DNA of 64,000 nt from Escherichia phage UB, in the sequence record MH383160, one strand, 5' to 3'. Made by a program: the position numbers and the translations under genes. The notes under the pieces are model-generated. The model did not search any database. It worked only from the letters and a program-made list of their open reading frames with translations, and was not told where the DNA came from. Positions 27,963-37,369 of the stretch are shown here, piece by piece. The stretch's first letter is position 1. The number at the start of each line of letters is the position of its first letter.

Positions 27963-28340
27963 TTATTTTCCTCCAACGTTAAGTGATTTCTTGTACTGAT
28001 ATTCTTTATAAGTACTATACCATATATCACCAACGTAAATCAAGTACCACGTAGCAGGATAAAGAGCCAATCCAGTACTGATGTATACGAACTTTTGGTC
28101 AAGGACATCAAATACATACAGAAGGAAAGTTACTCCCATAATGCAAGAACAAATTAACCACAAGTTATAAGCAATCGAATCGCAAGCAAAAATAGAATCA
28201 AGCTTAGAAATTAGGACATATTTGTTTGTTAAAATGAAATGAATTACTGCAACTAAACAATATCCTGCCATAAAAATAGAAATTAAAAAAGACAGAATAA
28301 TTGGAATATTCAACAACAAAAGTAAAATAGTGTTTACCAT
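27963..28340 (-). CDS. small membrane protein
   Basis: Hydrophobic 125-aa ORF. Confidence 0.6.
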   Translation of the reverse strand: MVNTILLLLLNIPIILSFLISIFMAGYCLVAVIHFILTNKYVLISKLDSIFACDSIAYNLWLICSCIMGVTFLLYVFDVLDQKFVYISTGLALYPATWYLIYVGDIWYSTYKEYQYKKSLNVGGK

Positions 28341-28350
28341 TTTTTAAGTC

Positions 28351-28710
28351 CTATATTTCACAGTGTAAGTTCAATTTATCTATATCTAGGTCACGGCGTA
28401 CCGATGAGTCCAAGTAAATTACTATATAGATATCACCATTACCAGTTCTTGGGTCTACAATTAATATTACGTTTGCTAATGTACCAGAATCATCTCTATA
28501 AGTCGAGATTTTTTTATTACCGATAATACTTTCTACTTTAAAACGATAAATCACACCATCAACAACTATATTTTTACCATTTCTAGGGTCGTTAGTCAAT
28601 ACATGCCACGTTCCCTTAGTACTACGACAATATGTTTCTGCTGCTGCACCATAACTAAAACATGAAAATAATGCACACACAAGTGCTATTAATTTTATAT
28701 AACTCTTCAT
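28351..28710 (-). CDS. secreted protein (signal peptide)
   Basis: MKSYIKLIALVCALFSCFSYGAAAE. Confidence 0.6.
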   Translation of the reverse strand: MKSYIKLIALVCALFSCFSYGAAAETYCRSTKGTWHVLTNDPRNGKNIVVDGVIYRFKVESIIGNKKISTYRDDSGTLANVILIVDPRTGNGDIYIVIYLDSSVRRDLDIDKLNLHCEI

Positions 28711-28788
28711 AACAAACCTCTAACGAGAAATACTTCTGTACATATATATAGTACAGAAGTATTTAATACTATAGAGATATTTTCACTG

Positions 28789-29115
28789 TTACATCTTATT
28801 CGTGAACTTGAATTTGATAATATCAATCCAAATTTTAACATTTCCTGCAAATAGTGCTTTGATTAGCCACATAATTGCAACAAAGTTCTCAACTAAATCC
28901 AAAGTTTTAACTACTGCACCGAGTGGGAAGATAAAACTCAAAACCCATACAATTACTGAAACCACAACGACTGCATAGAAAATACGCACAATCGGTGAAT
29001 CAAGCATAAACAACTCAGAGAACTCTTTTTTATCATTATCATCAGTAATGAAGCATTCGTAAACCAGAAGCCAAATCAGAATTAAAGACGGAATTGAAAT
29101 TAGTACTGATAGCAT
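28789..29115 (-). CDS. small membrane protein
   Basis: Hydrophobic. Confidence 0.6.
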   Translation of the reverse strand: MLSVLISIPSLILIWLLVYECFITDDNDKKEFSELFMLDSPIVRIFYAVVVVSVIVWVLSFIFPLGAVVKTLDLVENFVAIMWLIKALFAGNVKIWIDIIKFKFTNKM

Positions 29116-29172
29116 ATTTTTTACCTCAAGTTTAAGTGTTAAGTTTCAGACTACAGGAACCATTATACAGTA

Positions 29173-29415
29173 CTACGAACGTTTGTCAACATTTGTTTCT
29201 TCAATAAGCATAAGATAACTTAACACGAAGAGTAATACCGAAATAATATCAATAACTGTAAAGCTCACTGGAATGATAATAGACACCAGTACTAATGCCA
29301 CGTTTAGCAAGAATACAGTAGTGAGATCTACCATCGTTCGTCTAGTTGCTAATGCCACTAGTGTAGGATAGAACATAAACAATAGTGCAACAACAAAACT
29401 TAGTACTAGATACAT
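29173..29415 (-). CDS. small membrane protein
   Basis: Hydrophobic 80-aa ORF. Confidence 0.55.
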   Translation of the reverse strand: MYLVLSFVVALLFMFYPTLVALATRRTMVDLTTVFLLNVALVLVSIIIPVSFTVIDIISVLLFVLSYLMLIEETNVDKRS

Positions 29416-30086
29416 TTCTTTTTCACCTTAATAAAATTATAACACAAAACCACATCAACATCTGGCTCATCATACAAGTACTCAAAACGTTCTTTACTTC
29501 GTTTAGTACCGATATACTCACCATTCTTATGCCAACGCCATCCACCATCCTTTGGTTGTTCAGACTTCAGTACTGGGTGATAGCACAGGACAATTTCTTC
29601 TGGACCTTCAATTAGGTTCTTGTACTTATTCATAATCTGTTCAAGCGTATCTGCTACACCATAAGATGGATGCATAAGATAAGACTCAGGACGTGGACGT
29701 CCACTTGGTAGAATATCATCAGTACTATTAAAGATAGCACGGAAGTCTTCAGATGTGTATAGACTTCCATCTTCATGGATCATTGGGTATTCATCCACGA
29801 CATCGTAATCAGTGAAGTGTTCAATTGCATGTGCAGGTCGATAACCTGCAAGGATACCTGCATGTTTAGTCTGGACAATAGTCATAACAGATGTATTGTT
29901 GTTTACATTTGGATCATGAATTTCAGCCCAAAACGGATGATTTGGATCAAAAGTTGCATTTACCAATGTACACTCACCAATGTAGTCAAACATAGTTTCC
30001 TTGAAGTTTAAAGAAACTCCACGTAATGCCCAGTCAGGTGAAGTGATGAAATTAAGATTAACTAACATAAGTATCCTCAGATGCAA
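29406..30086 (-). CDS. hypothetical protein
   Basis: 226-aa ORF; no motif I can assign. Confidence 0.6.
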   Translation of the reverse strand: MHLRILMLVNLNFITSPDWALRGVSLNFKETMFDYIGECTLVNATFDPNHPFWAEIHDPNVNNNTSVMTIVQTKHAGILAGYRPAHAIEHFTDYDVVDEYPMIHEDGSLYTSEDFRAIFNSTDDILPSGRPRPESYLMHPSYGVADTLEQIMNKYKNLIEGPEEIVLCYHPVLKSEQPKDGGWRWHKNGEYIGTKRSKERFEYLYDEPDVDVVLCYNFIKVKKKCI

Positions 30087-30100
30087 TTTTTTTGATGTGG

Positions 30101-30316
30101 TTATTGTATCAAAGATGTATCGATTTGTACAACATTTATTGTAACTATTTCGTACATATAGTCAGGTGCATTGAACTCAGCATACCACTCAATGATCTCA
30201 CAAGCAGCATCAACTTGGTTGTTCGCATTAACACGTCTTGCATAGGTACTAGACATTTTATATCTACCATTTACATACACGTTATATACACCATGACACC
30301 ACCACATCTTAGTCAT
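30101..30316 (-). CDS. hypothetical protein
   Basis: 71-aa ORF colinear with block; preferred over opposite-strand 30092..30325. Confidence 0.45.
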   Translation of the reverse strand: MTKMWWCHGVYNVYVNGRYKMSSTYARRVNANNQVDAACEIIEWYAEFNAPDYMYEIVTINVVQIDTSLIQ

Positions 30317-30527
30317 TTATACTAGGCCATACTTTGTATTGTAAGTTCTGGTATTGAAATTTACCAATTTCATTTTTCTTACGGAATGATTCATCTACTT
30401 GAATTTCCGCATCGTACTGACCATCAGCCTGTACAACGTACTTAAATTCTTCTACGTGTGAAAAACGTTGACCTTCACCTTCTGGTTTATAGACTTGTAC
30501 TAAACCTTCAACTAGATATAAATTCAT
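30309..30527 (-). CDS. hypothetical protein
   Basis: 72-aa ORF. Confidence 0.5.
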   Translation of the reverse strand: MNLYLVEGLVQVYKPEGEGQRFSHVEEFKYVVQADGQYDAEIQVDESFRKKNEIGKFQYQNLQYKVWPSIND

Positions 30528-30530
30528 TTA

Positions 30531-30752
30531 TCATTCCTCATCACTTTCAGTTAGTATAATGCTATGTACAGCTTCCACATAGCGGTGTGTTTTGGGTGTG
30601 TTATACTTTGTAATTTCATCAAACAATTTAAACAGTGCATCTACTTCACTAAGAGCACGAATGAATACATCCATCTTGGTGACTACTCTGGAAAACCCGC
30701 GTATGTTATTAAATTCAGAGACGTGTTCATACACAACATAGTATCTATTCAT
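30531..30752 (-). CDS. hypothetical protein
   Basis: 73-aa ORF. Confidence 0.5.
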   Translation of the reverse strand: MNRYYVVYEHVSEFNNIRGFSRVVTKMDVFIRALSEVDALFKLFDEITKYNTPKTHRYVEAVHSIILTESDEE

Positions 30753-31267
30753 ATATTAAAAAGTTCCATGAATTCATTGAATAAAGAAGTTCTAATGCAC
30801 ATAACAAATTCAAAATCAACATCGATGGTGTCAAGTAGTTTGAACAACTTTGGTACTAATGGGTCATTCACCTCAAAGTTATGAATCAAACTTTGTTGAA
30901 ACACATTTTCTTCAGTACTATAATCAATAACAAAATATTCAGCAATACCAGGTGGTGTGTAAACATCATATAAAATATGGCGGTGATGATTTGTTTTAGA
31001 ACTAGGGGAATATATAAGTTCTATTTCATAAGATTTATCAGCACTGCGTGCGTAACAAACAATATCAGTACTCGTTATTTCTGAACCATCACTTCTCTCT
31101 GAAAAACAAACATCAGCATAGCGTTTTCCAGAGAGATTCAAAAGGTCATGAGTTGTTTTACCATAACAGAAATCAGTTTCAATGCGTATCACATCTTGAT
31201 ATTCAATTGGTCTTGTATCGCGGCGTTCACGATTAAACACTAATTTCAACAACTCATTAATATCCAT
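30749..31267 (-). CDS. hypothetical protein
   Basis: 172-aa ORF. Confidence 0.6.
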   Translation of the reverse strand: MDINELLKLVFNRERRDTRPIEYQDVIRIETDFCYGKTTHDLLNLSGKRYADVCFSERSDGSEITSTDIVCYARSADKSYEIELIYSPSSKTNHHRHILYDVYTPPGIAEYFVIDYSTEENVFQQSLIHNFEVNDPLVPKLFKLLDTIDVDFEFVMCIRTSLFNEFMELFNI

Positions 31268-31467
31268 TACTTAGTCTCAATAACCTTTAGATTTACAAAG
31301 TCACCTTTAACCTTCATACATTTGTATTCAGTGCGAGATTCATCACCAGCATCACGAGGCCAATGAGTTGCAGAGTAACACTGATCAGGTGTTTTATATA
31401 CACCTTCACCAACGGTGCGAGTGATTTCACCATTAGTTAGTACTACTGCAAGATATAAAGTAAACAT
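31267..31467 (-). CDS. hypothetical protein
   Basis: 66-aa ORF. Confidence 0.5.
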   Translation of the reverse strand: MFTLYLAVVLTNGEITRTVGEGVYKTPDQCYSATHWPRDAGDESRTEYKCMKVKGDFVNLKVIETK

Positions 31468-31618
31468 ATTAGTCCTTAGAATAATTTATTAATAATAATA
31501 GCACCCAACGCAAGAACTGCAATAATTACAGATACCCACATTACTGCATTCACTGTACCAGTAAGTTCTTTATCAAACTCCCTGCACTTCTTGCGGTAAT
31601 CTTCCCACTCTTTGTTAT

Positions 31619-31834
31619 TCACACTGCCACTCCTAATAGGTCGGTAGCTTTCTTGAGTACTACGTCAATGGTTTCCAGTACTGCACCTTTGTGTTCAATT
31701 GATACAATATTATTATAAGTATCAAGGTCCAAGTACTCCATATATTCAGTTTTGAATACACGAACATCAGTACTAGTGATTTTAATATCACAACCTTTAT
31801 CCCAAATAACCTGCATCATTTCATTGGTAGTCAT
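31619..31834 (-). CDS. hypothetical protein
   Basis: 71-aa ORF. Confidence 0.5.
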   Translation of the reverse strand: MTTNEMMQVIWDKGCDIKITSTDVRVFKTEYMEYLDLDTYNNIVSIEHKGAVLETIDVVLKKATDLLGVAV

Positions 31835-31837
31835 TAT

Positions 31838-32110
31838 TCAACCTTTATCATAAACAAGTTTGTGTGTGCTTAGTACTTTGTTGTGATGTCCAGGGCATTC
31901 ATATACATACAATCGCTCCTGTCGTTTTTCCCAACCACCACAGATACGGCCTGATTGTGTACATACCTCATACTCGTTAATAAAAGACTTACCTGTGAAT
32001 GTACAATCCTGACGAACTAAGTCTTTTGCACTAAACCTGCCGTCATCATTACATGCTGTAAGAAACATTGTACTGCACACAATGATTCCAGTCAAGAGTT
32101 TTTTAATCAT
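31838..32110 (-). CDS. putative lipoprotein
   Basis: Signal peptide with lipobox-like LTAC (MIKKLLTGIIVCSTMFLTACNDDG). Confidence 0.6.
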   Translation of the reverse strand: MIKKLLTGIIVCSTMFLTACNDDGRFSAKDLVRQDCTFTGKSFINEYEVCTQSGRICGGWEKRQERLYVYECPGHHNKVLSTHKLVYDKG

Positions 32111-32475
32111 TTAACATCACCCCAACGGAATCCATTCATATAATTCAAATTCACCTCAACGAGTTCATTTGTTTTTGTACACCAAATTGATAGAGTTTTT
32201 GTAACATCACCAGGTGAACTTTCATACTTCACACAATACCCTTCAATGCGAAGAGTTTTGTTAGTCCAATGTTGCCACTCAATCCAAATTTCATTAGGAT
32301 AATAAACCATATCTTCCTTGAACCTATGGTATTGATCCATCGGTAAGTGACCTTCAACTTCAATTACTTCAGCACTTCGAACAAGTTTGTCAAGCTTGTA
32401 CTTTATCTCAGCAAGATATTCTTCATCATTCAGACGAGTTAATAAATCTGCTGCACGTGTTGTATCAAGGCTCAT
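32107..32475 (-). CDS. hypothetical protein
   Basis: 122-aa ORF. Confidence 0.55.
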   Translation of the reverse strand: MSLDTTRAADLLTRLNDEEYLAEIKYKLDKLVRSAEVIEVEGHLPMDQYHRFKEDMVYYPNEIWIEWQHWTNKTLRIEGYCVKYESSPGDVTKTLSIWCTKTNELVEVNLNYMNGFRWGDVK

Positions 32476-32477
32476 TG

Positions 32478-32723
32478 TTATTCTCCATGAATTACGGAAG
32501 TGTTGATTCGTGTTTTACCGCTAGTGTATCCAGTACTGGTATTTGCATTAGGGCAATAAACTGTATACAAGGTTACGCCAGCACCATCCTTTTGCATACG
32601 ATAAATCTTACATCCTGCTTCTTGTAATTCAATAGGGAGAATAAAATCACTTGTGCGTTCTTTGGTTGAAGCATCACATGCAGTGAGTAAAAATGCGACG
32701 AGTACTGCTACAATGTATTTCAT
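32478..32723 (-). CDS. putative lipoprotein
   Basis: MKYIVAVLVAFLLTACDAS (lipobox LTAC). Confidence 0.6.
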   Translation of the reverse strand: MKYIVAVLVAFLLTACDASTKERTSDFILPIELQEAGCKIYRMQKDGAGVTLYTVYCPNANTSTGYTSGKTRINTSVIHGE

Positions 32724-33031
32724 TAACGAACCTCCACTTCTTGAGAAAGAGCATGAGTCAGTGCATTTGAATTCGAACTATTCATTTCACGCTGACATAC
32801 AAACATAATGGCATCTTGTACTGAACCTGCGATTTCATACTCACGACCTTCTGGATCAGTTACCAGATGTTCAACGATACAACCACCACGCAGTACAGAA
32901 GCACCAGTACTTACACTAATTCTGTAACCTAAGAAATCAAACTGCATACATGCGTCAGTAGGTTTCATCCAATAACCGCTGTTTTGATTCAAATCGATGA
33001 TTACAAAACCTTGAGTGTTAGTTTGAAACAT
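32723..33031 (-). CDS. hypothetical protein
   Basis: 102-aa ORF. Confidence 0.55.
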   Translation of the reverse strand: MFQTNTQGFVIIDLNQNSGYWMKPTDACMQFDFLGYRISVSTGASVLRGGCIVEHLVTDPEGREYEIAGSVQDAIMFVCQREMNSSNSNALTHALSQEVEVR

Positions 33032-33125
33032 AGTTAATTCCTCATTTAATTTAAAAGGGCGGGAACGCAGTGACGAGTACGATTATGCTGTCTTTCCTTT
33101 CACTGCATTCCCTTTTATATAAAAC

Positions 33126-33154
33126 ATAATACTGCTATTATTCAGTACTGTCAA
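33126..33154 (-). promoter_or_regulatory. sigma70-type promoter TTGACA-N17-TATTAT with GTACTG element
   Basis: Minus strand TTGACAGTACTGAATAATAGCAGTATTAT. Confidence 0.55.
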
Positions 33155-33444
33155 TCGATATAAGTACCTTTTTTAACATCACAGACTTCTTCCATCCAAT
33201 GTGGATTTTCGTTTTTATCAGTGAAGATTTGTTCTGCTTCTTCTTTTGTTTCAGCTAGGACAATACGATCCCCTTCATCCAAATCACGGATACGATACAC
33301 TTTCAGTTCTTGTTTCTTCTCAAGAATATTACACAGTTCACGTGCTTTTTCTTCATCGCACTTCCCTTCATTAGCATAAAACCAAATTGCTTTTTTAATA
33401 AGGTCACGTTCTTCTTTAGAAAAAGACATAATATTTCCTATCAT
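33151..33444 (-). CDS. hypothetical protein
   Basis: 97-aa ORF. Confidence 0.55.
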   Translation of the reverse strand: MIGNIMSFSKEERDLIKKAIWFYANEGKCDEEKARELCNILEKKQELKVYRIRDLDEGDRIVLAETKEEAEQIFTDKNENPHWMEEVCDVKKGTYID

Positions 33445-33474
33445 TTGTTAAAGTGGATTTCGTTTGATATAAAC

Positions 33475-33502
33475 ATTATACAGTACTGATATCTTATGTC
33501 AA
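33475..33502 (-). promoter_or_regulatory. sigma70-type promoter TTGACA-N16-TATAAT with CAGTACTG in spacer
   Basis: Minus strand TTGACATAAGATATCAGTACTGTATAAT. Confidence 0.6.
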
Positions 33503-33598
33503 GTATTAATCACCAAAAACCATCAGATACCCAAACCAACCCACACAGACGACTAAGCTAACAATACCAAAGACAATCTCTAAAGTCATGTTGTATCC

Positions 33599-33817
33599 TT
33601 AATCAATGATTTTATATTCACGATGACCATAGAATCCAGCCTCAAGGATGCGATTACCATCAGCATCTTCCAAATCCCACCCACGGGATGTTTCGGCAAT
33701 AATAGTCATGATGTGACCTCTTGGGAAAATTCCACTCATGGTGGATACATCTTCAAGTAATTGAACTTTCTTACCAACATTGGAATTCGGTTTAAACATT
33801 TTATGGCCCTTATTCAT
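33599..33817 (-). CDS. hypothetical protein
   Basis: 72-aa ORF. Confidence 0.5.
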   Translation of the reverse strand: MNKGHKMFKPNSNVGKKVQLLEDVSTMSGIFPRGHIMTIIAETSRGWDLEDADGNRILEAGFYGHREYKIID

Positions 33818-33992
33818 TGATCACATCAAGTACTTTATCCAGCTTTTTACCAATGCTTTCCTTTGGTTTCTCACCATTCTGGAATACATTAGTACTGCAA
33901 TATTCAGGACGCGTATTAGGAAACTTCTCGTTCATCCATGAGTGACCATAAACACCCAACATGATACCAACGATAAGAATGATGATTTGCAT
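33810..33992 (-). CDS. small membrane-anchored protein
   Basis: N-terminal hydrophobic segment. Confidence 0.5.
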   Translation of the reverse strand: MQIIILIVGIMLGVYGHSWMNEKFPNTRPEYCSTNVFQNGEKPKESIGKKLDKVLDVINE

Positions 33993-34007
33993 GATAATTT
34001 CCTCTGA

Positions 34008-34796
34008 TTAAATGTTAGTAGTATAGTACTTGATTTCGTGTTGAATTGCAAGTTCTATTTGTTTATTGAAAAGAATTCCAAACTCTTTGATTGATTCACA
34101 ATCGAATTCAATAGAAAAAGTATACTCTGGTACACGTAGATTGTCAATCCCCAAATACTCTTTTATGTAAATTTTAATGAGTTTACATAGTGCAGTACTA
34201 AGACATTGAATTTCAAAATGTTTTGCACCTTTGTCAAAATACTTGAATGCATCAATATCACCTACAATAAAACTATTCTTTAATGTAGTGAATAGGTTCT
34301 CAGGAAACACGGTAATAGGTGACATTGATTTAAGAATGTATGTATCTTTGGCATTCTTAATGTACTCAATGAAGCAGTAGTTAACGTCAGGCTCGATTGA
34401 ACGATCCGCGTTATGATACCAGTGTTTAAACTCACTGTATTCAGCAAACTTATGCTGGCGTAATGCGTTACATTCTTCACACAGTGCAGTCATGTTCTCT
34501 TTATCATTACCGCCCTGAAGACAGTCCAGTACATTATGGTCTAACGTCATGCGTACAAGGCGTTTCCCTTTAAGTACATAAGGTCTGAATTTATAACGAT
34601 CTTTAGTACTGTGCTTGTGTAAAGTGAATACTACATTTGATTCACCACAACAATCACATTTAAAGCCATCACGTGACATTACATGAATGAGTTTGCGTGT
34701 GTTCGGTCCAAACTCAGATTTAGTAATGTTATCCACAATTTCTGATGGTTGGTAATATTTTGAATTCCGTTGAATCAGTTCATCGATAGTGCCCAT
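34008..34796 (-). CDS. HNH endonuclease
   Basis: HNH core TLDHNVLDCLQGGNDKENMTALCEECNALRQ. Confidence 0.75.
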   Translation of the reverse strand: MGTIDELIQRNSKYYQPSEIVDNITKSEFGPNTRKLIHVMSRDGFKCDCCGESNVVFTLHKHSTKDRYKFRPYVLKGKRLVRMTLDHNVLDCLQGGNDKENMTALCEECNALRQHKFAEYSEFKHWYHNADRSIEPDVNYCFIEYIKNAKDTYILKSMSPITVFPENLFTTLKNSFIVGDIDAFKYFDKGAKHFEIQCLSTALCKLIKIYIKEYLGIDNLRVPEYTFSIEFDCESIKEFGILFNKQIELAIQHEIKYYTTNI

Positions 34797-35027
34797 TTAC
34801 ATTATTCCTTCTATGCAACAACCAAGAATTACTTTTTTAACTTCAACAACTCGTACCAAATAGAATCCATTTGAAAAGTTAAAACTATACATTTGTACTA
34901 AGGCATCTGCTTCAGATTTCGCACGTATACATGATAGATAAATTTCACGTATATCACCATCTAACGATACTTGTTTCTCTGCATCAATGACAATAGAACG
35001 AATCTCAAAACGAACACCATAACTCAT
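34797..35027 (-). CDS. hypothetical protein
   Basis: 76-aa ORF. Confidence 0.5.
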   Translation of the reverse strand: MSYGVRFEIRSIVIDAEKQVSLDGDIREIYLSCIRAKSEADALVQMYSFNFSNGFYLVRVVEVKKVILGCCIEGIM

Positions 35028-35233
35028 TGAGTTTGTCCTACAATAAGCTTTGTGTTAGTATTACTATTGTAACACCACATTTGTTCTTTATTAACTGTAA
35101 TCCAAATATCTTTGTTTACTTGTTCGTATGTACTATCACGTACTGCTATACATTGATTCATGGAATTCATTGGGGTTATTTGTACACCGGAATTAACAGA
35201 AAAAGCTATTACTAAAAAGATTACTGAATTCAT
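35024..35233 (-). CDS. secreted small protein (signal peptide)
   Basis: MNSVIFLVIAFSVNSGVQ. Confidence 0.5.
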   Translation of the reverse strand: MNSVIFLVIAFSVNSGVQITPMNSMNQCIAVRDSTYEQVNKDIWITVNKEQMWCYNSNTNTKLIVGQTQ

Positions 35234-35297
35234 TGGATATTCCTTAATGGTTAATCATCCATCTCTTCGAGATGTCTGTTCGCTTCTAATACTACGT

Positions 35298-35326
35298 ATT
35301 CTACGCGAATGATTAATAACTGTCAA
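35298..35326 (-). promoter_or_regulatory. sigma70-type promoter TTGACA-N17-TAGAAT
   Basis: Minus strand TTGACAGTTATTAATCATTCGCGTAGAAT. Confidence 0.5.
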
Positions 35327-35339
35327 GGACTTTTAATAT

Positions 35340-35820
35340 TGACGGGATTTGAGGAAGGGATTTTTCTTCCCCCCACAAGGAGGGAAATTTGACGCTGATG
35401 GTATCAGAGCTATTGCATTGAAGATTACTCATAAAGAGTGCGAAAGCGGGTCATCCTGTTTCTCTCTACTTCAGTTTCATATGACGGTCTACACTTTTAA
35501 ACATAGTGTATCTTCATTAAGTATCTATGCAATCAAATACTTAATGTGAGTACTCAAATTTTGGACGCAACTTTCCTGTACAAAATTCGATAACTCTCCC
35601 TTAGATAATTCGTAAGGTGTTATCCTTATATGTCTATCAAGGAACCACCAGCTATCCTAACGTGGTTCTTTATACAGCCGCATTGCCGTGAGGGGTTCAA
35701 ACTATGCCCACATCTAACGGGTTTCTTTTGCTGTTCGCACTGTCGGACTGCTCAACTGCCCTCTACGTTTTCGAGTGGATCAGGTACATAAATATCATGC
35801 CAACAGAATTGTACAAGATA
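35340..35820 (-). ncRNA. candidate structured non-coding RNA (unclassified); strand inferred from promoter
   Basis: ~480 bp with no credible ORF, visibly G+C-richer than surrounding DNA, bracketed by an extended -10 promoter and the next gene's promoter. Confidence 0.3.
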
Positions 35821-35850
35821 ATTATATCACAAACTTTTACTTCATCCCAT
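35821..35850 (-). promoter_or_regulatory. extended -10 promoter (TGATATAAT) reading into the ORF-free block
   Basis: Minus strand TTTGTGATATAAT immediately after the sigma-gene terminator. Confidence 0.4.
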
Positions 35851-35876
35851 AAAAAAAGGTTGGCATAAGCCAACCC
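35851..35876 (-). terminator. intrinsic terminator hairpin, bidirectional
   Basis: GGTTGGC-ATAA-GCCAACC flanked by A7 and T5. Confidence 0.65.
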
Positions 35877-35883
35877 TTTTTCT

Positions 35884-36849
35884 TTAGAAATCTTCGTATT
35901 CGTACCCTTTTGCAAGTACTAGCTTCTTAAGCTTTTGCATAGCTTCACTGTACTTTCGATGTATTGATGAACGGGATTTAACATATTTTCCATTATCATC
36001 AACAAAACCATTATCAGCAATCTCACGAAGCGTTTCAGGTTCATATTCACCTAGACCATGAACACGCTGGATAATCTCACGTTCTTTAGTACTCAATTCG
36101 TTAGTCAGTTCATTGATAGCATAACGTAAAGGTGCACGAATACTATCAACATTGAGGTTAAAATCAGAAGCAGGTGAATGAATAATGTCACCTAGTGTAC
36201 CATCGGTAACACCGTCTAATGGTGCATCCAGCGAAGTGTATTCGCTTTGAAATAACAAACAGTTATTAACATGCTGAATCTCAATCCCAGTACCCTCTGA
36301 GATTATTTCAGGAGTTGGGCGAACACCATGTTTACGCATATATTCCTGACAGAATCTTTTTACTTTGATCTTATGAACACTCATATAACGTGGGAAGTGT
36401 ACCATATAGTTAGCGTCAGAACTTTCGTTATAGACTGTCATGTAAATACTAGAAGAAGCATAGGTAATGAACTTAACATTCTTATTAAGATCAAAGGTTT
36501 TTAGTGCTCTCATGAACCCCTCAACACCATATGAAATCTTATCTTCAAATGGGATATAACAAGTACATTTACTTGCTACATCAATAATCAGTCCATAATT
36601 GTAACGAACTAACAGTTCAGTGTTTTTCTTTACATTGATACCAGCTTGAATATCACGAATTAGATCTTCATTGGAAACATTTGGTGGTCGCTTAAGTGTA
36701 ATATTATATTTGAAACTGCTTTGTACTTTACCTTCATTTTCATCTTTATCTTCAACGAAATCTAAGGCTTCTAGTGTGTTGACTTCTTCATTAGCAAAAC
36801 ATTCATCCAGTACTTCTTCGGCAATTGTATTTAAATCAAGCTTTTTCAC
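35884..36849 (-). CDS. sigma-70 family RNA polymerase sigma factor (phage-encoded)
   Basis: Region-2-like ISYGVEGFMRALKTFDLNKNVKFITYASSSIYMTV and region-4-like KEREIIQRVHGLGEYEPETLREIADN; GTG start with TAGGAGATG RBS. Confidence 0.8.
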   Translation of the reverse strand: MKKLDLNTIAEEVLDECFANEEVNTLEALDFVEDKDENEGKVQSSFKYNITLKRPPNVSNEDLIRDIQAGINVKKNTELLVRYNYGLIIDVASKCTCYIPFEDKISYGVEGFMRALKTFDLNKNVKFITYASSSIYMTVYNESSDANYMVHFPRYMSVHKIKVKRFCQEYMRKHGVRPTPEIISEGTGIEIQHVNNCLLFQSEYTSLDAPLDGVTDGTLGDIIHSPASDFNLNVDSIRAPLRYAINELTNELSTKEREIIQRVHGLGEYEPETLREIADNGFVDDNGKYVKSRSSIHRKYSEAMQKLKKLVLAKGYEYEDF

Positions 36850-36870
36850 TTACATCTCCTAATGACGAAA

Positions 36871-37368
36871 TCAAAATCGATATACATTAATATTATCATC
36901 TGTGAAGCAATCATGGTTGTGCACATCCATGAAAGTACTAAACACTTTATCATATAAAGTTGTATGTTCTTCATGAATAGCAGCATCTAGCATGTATTCT
37001 CCACCACTTCCCATAAAGAAAGTGTAGTCTTCATGTAGATATTCAAGTTTTTTAATAAACTTTCCTTTAGTTAAAATCATATGAATAACATAATCTTTAG
37101 AAAGAAGCACACAATGGCAACTTAACTTTCTGTCAGGTATAACTGGTACTTTATTAATTAACCAATCCAGTACTTTATCAATTTCACTTACTACCCCACT
37201 AGCACTGAATAAACGGTCATGTACATATAAAGTTTTTTGATTAACAACTCCATATTGATATTTTGGTCTTAGTGGGAAAAAACCAAATAAGTTTCGTGGT
37301 ATAGTTGACGTAACTCTAGAATCGGTAATCAATAAATTTAATCGTTTATCAATATAAACAGTTGTCAT
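36871..37368 (-). CDS. hypothetical protein
   Basis: 165-aa ORF. Confidence 0.6.
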   Translation of the reverse strand: MTTVYIDKRLNLLITDSRVTSTIPRNLFGFFPLRPKYQYGVVNQKTLYVHDRLFSASGVVSEIDKVLDWLINKVPVIPDRKLSCHCVLLSKDYVIHMILTKGKFIKKLEYLHEDYTFFMGSGGEYMLDAAIHEEHTTLYDKVFSTFMDVHNHDCFTDDNINVYRF

Positions 37369-37369
37369 A

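Noticed and set aside
35349-35549. ORF 35349..35549 (+)
   Set aside because: Starts with TTG, no RBS, lies in the G+C-rich block interpreted as non-coding.
35340-35820. Group I intron, tmRNA or RNase P RNA identity for the G+C-rich block
   Set aside because: I could not find the conserved cores (group I P4/P7 elements, tmRNA tag reading frame ending ...LAA, RNase P GGAAAGUCCGG) by eye, so the region is reported only as an unclassified candidate.
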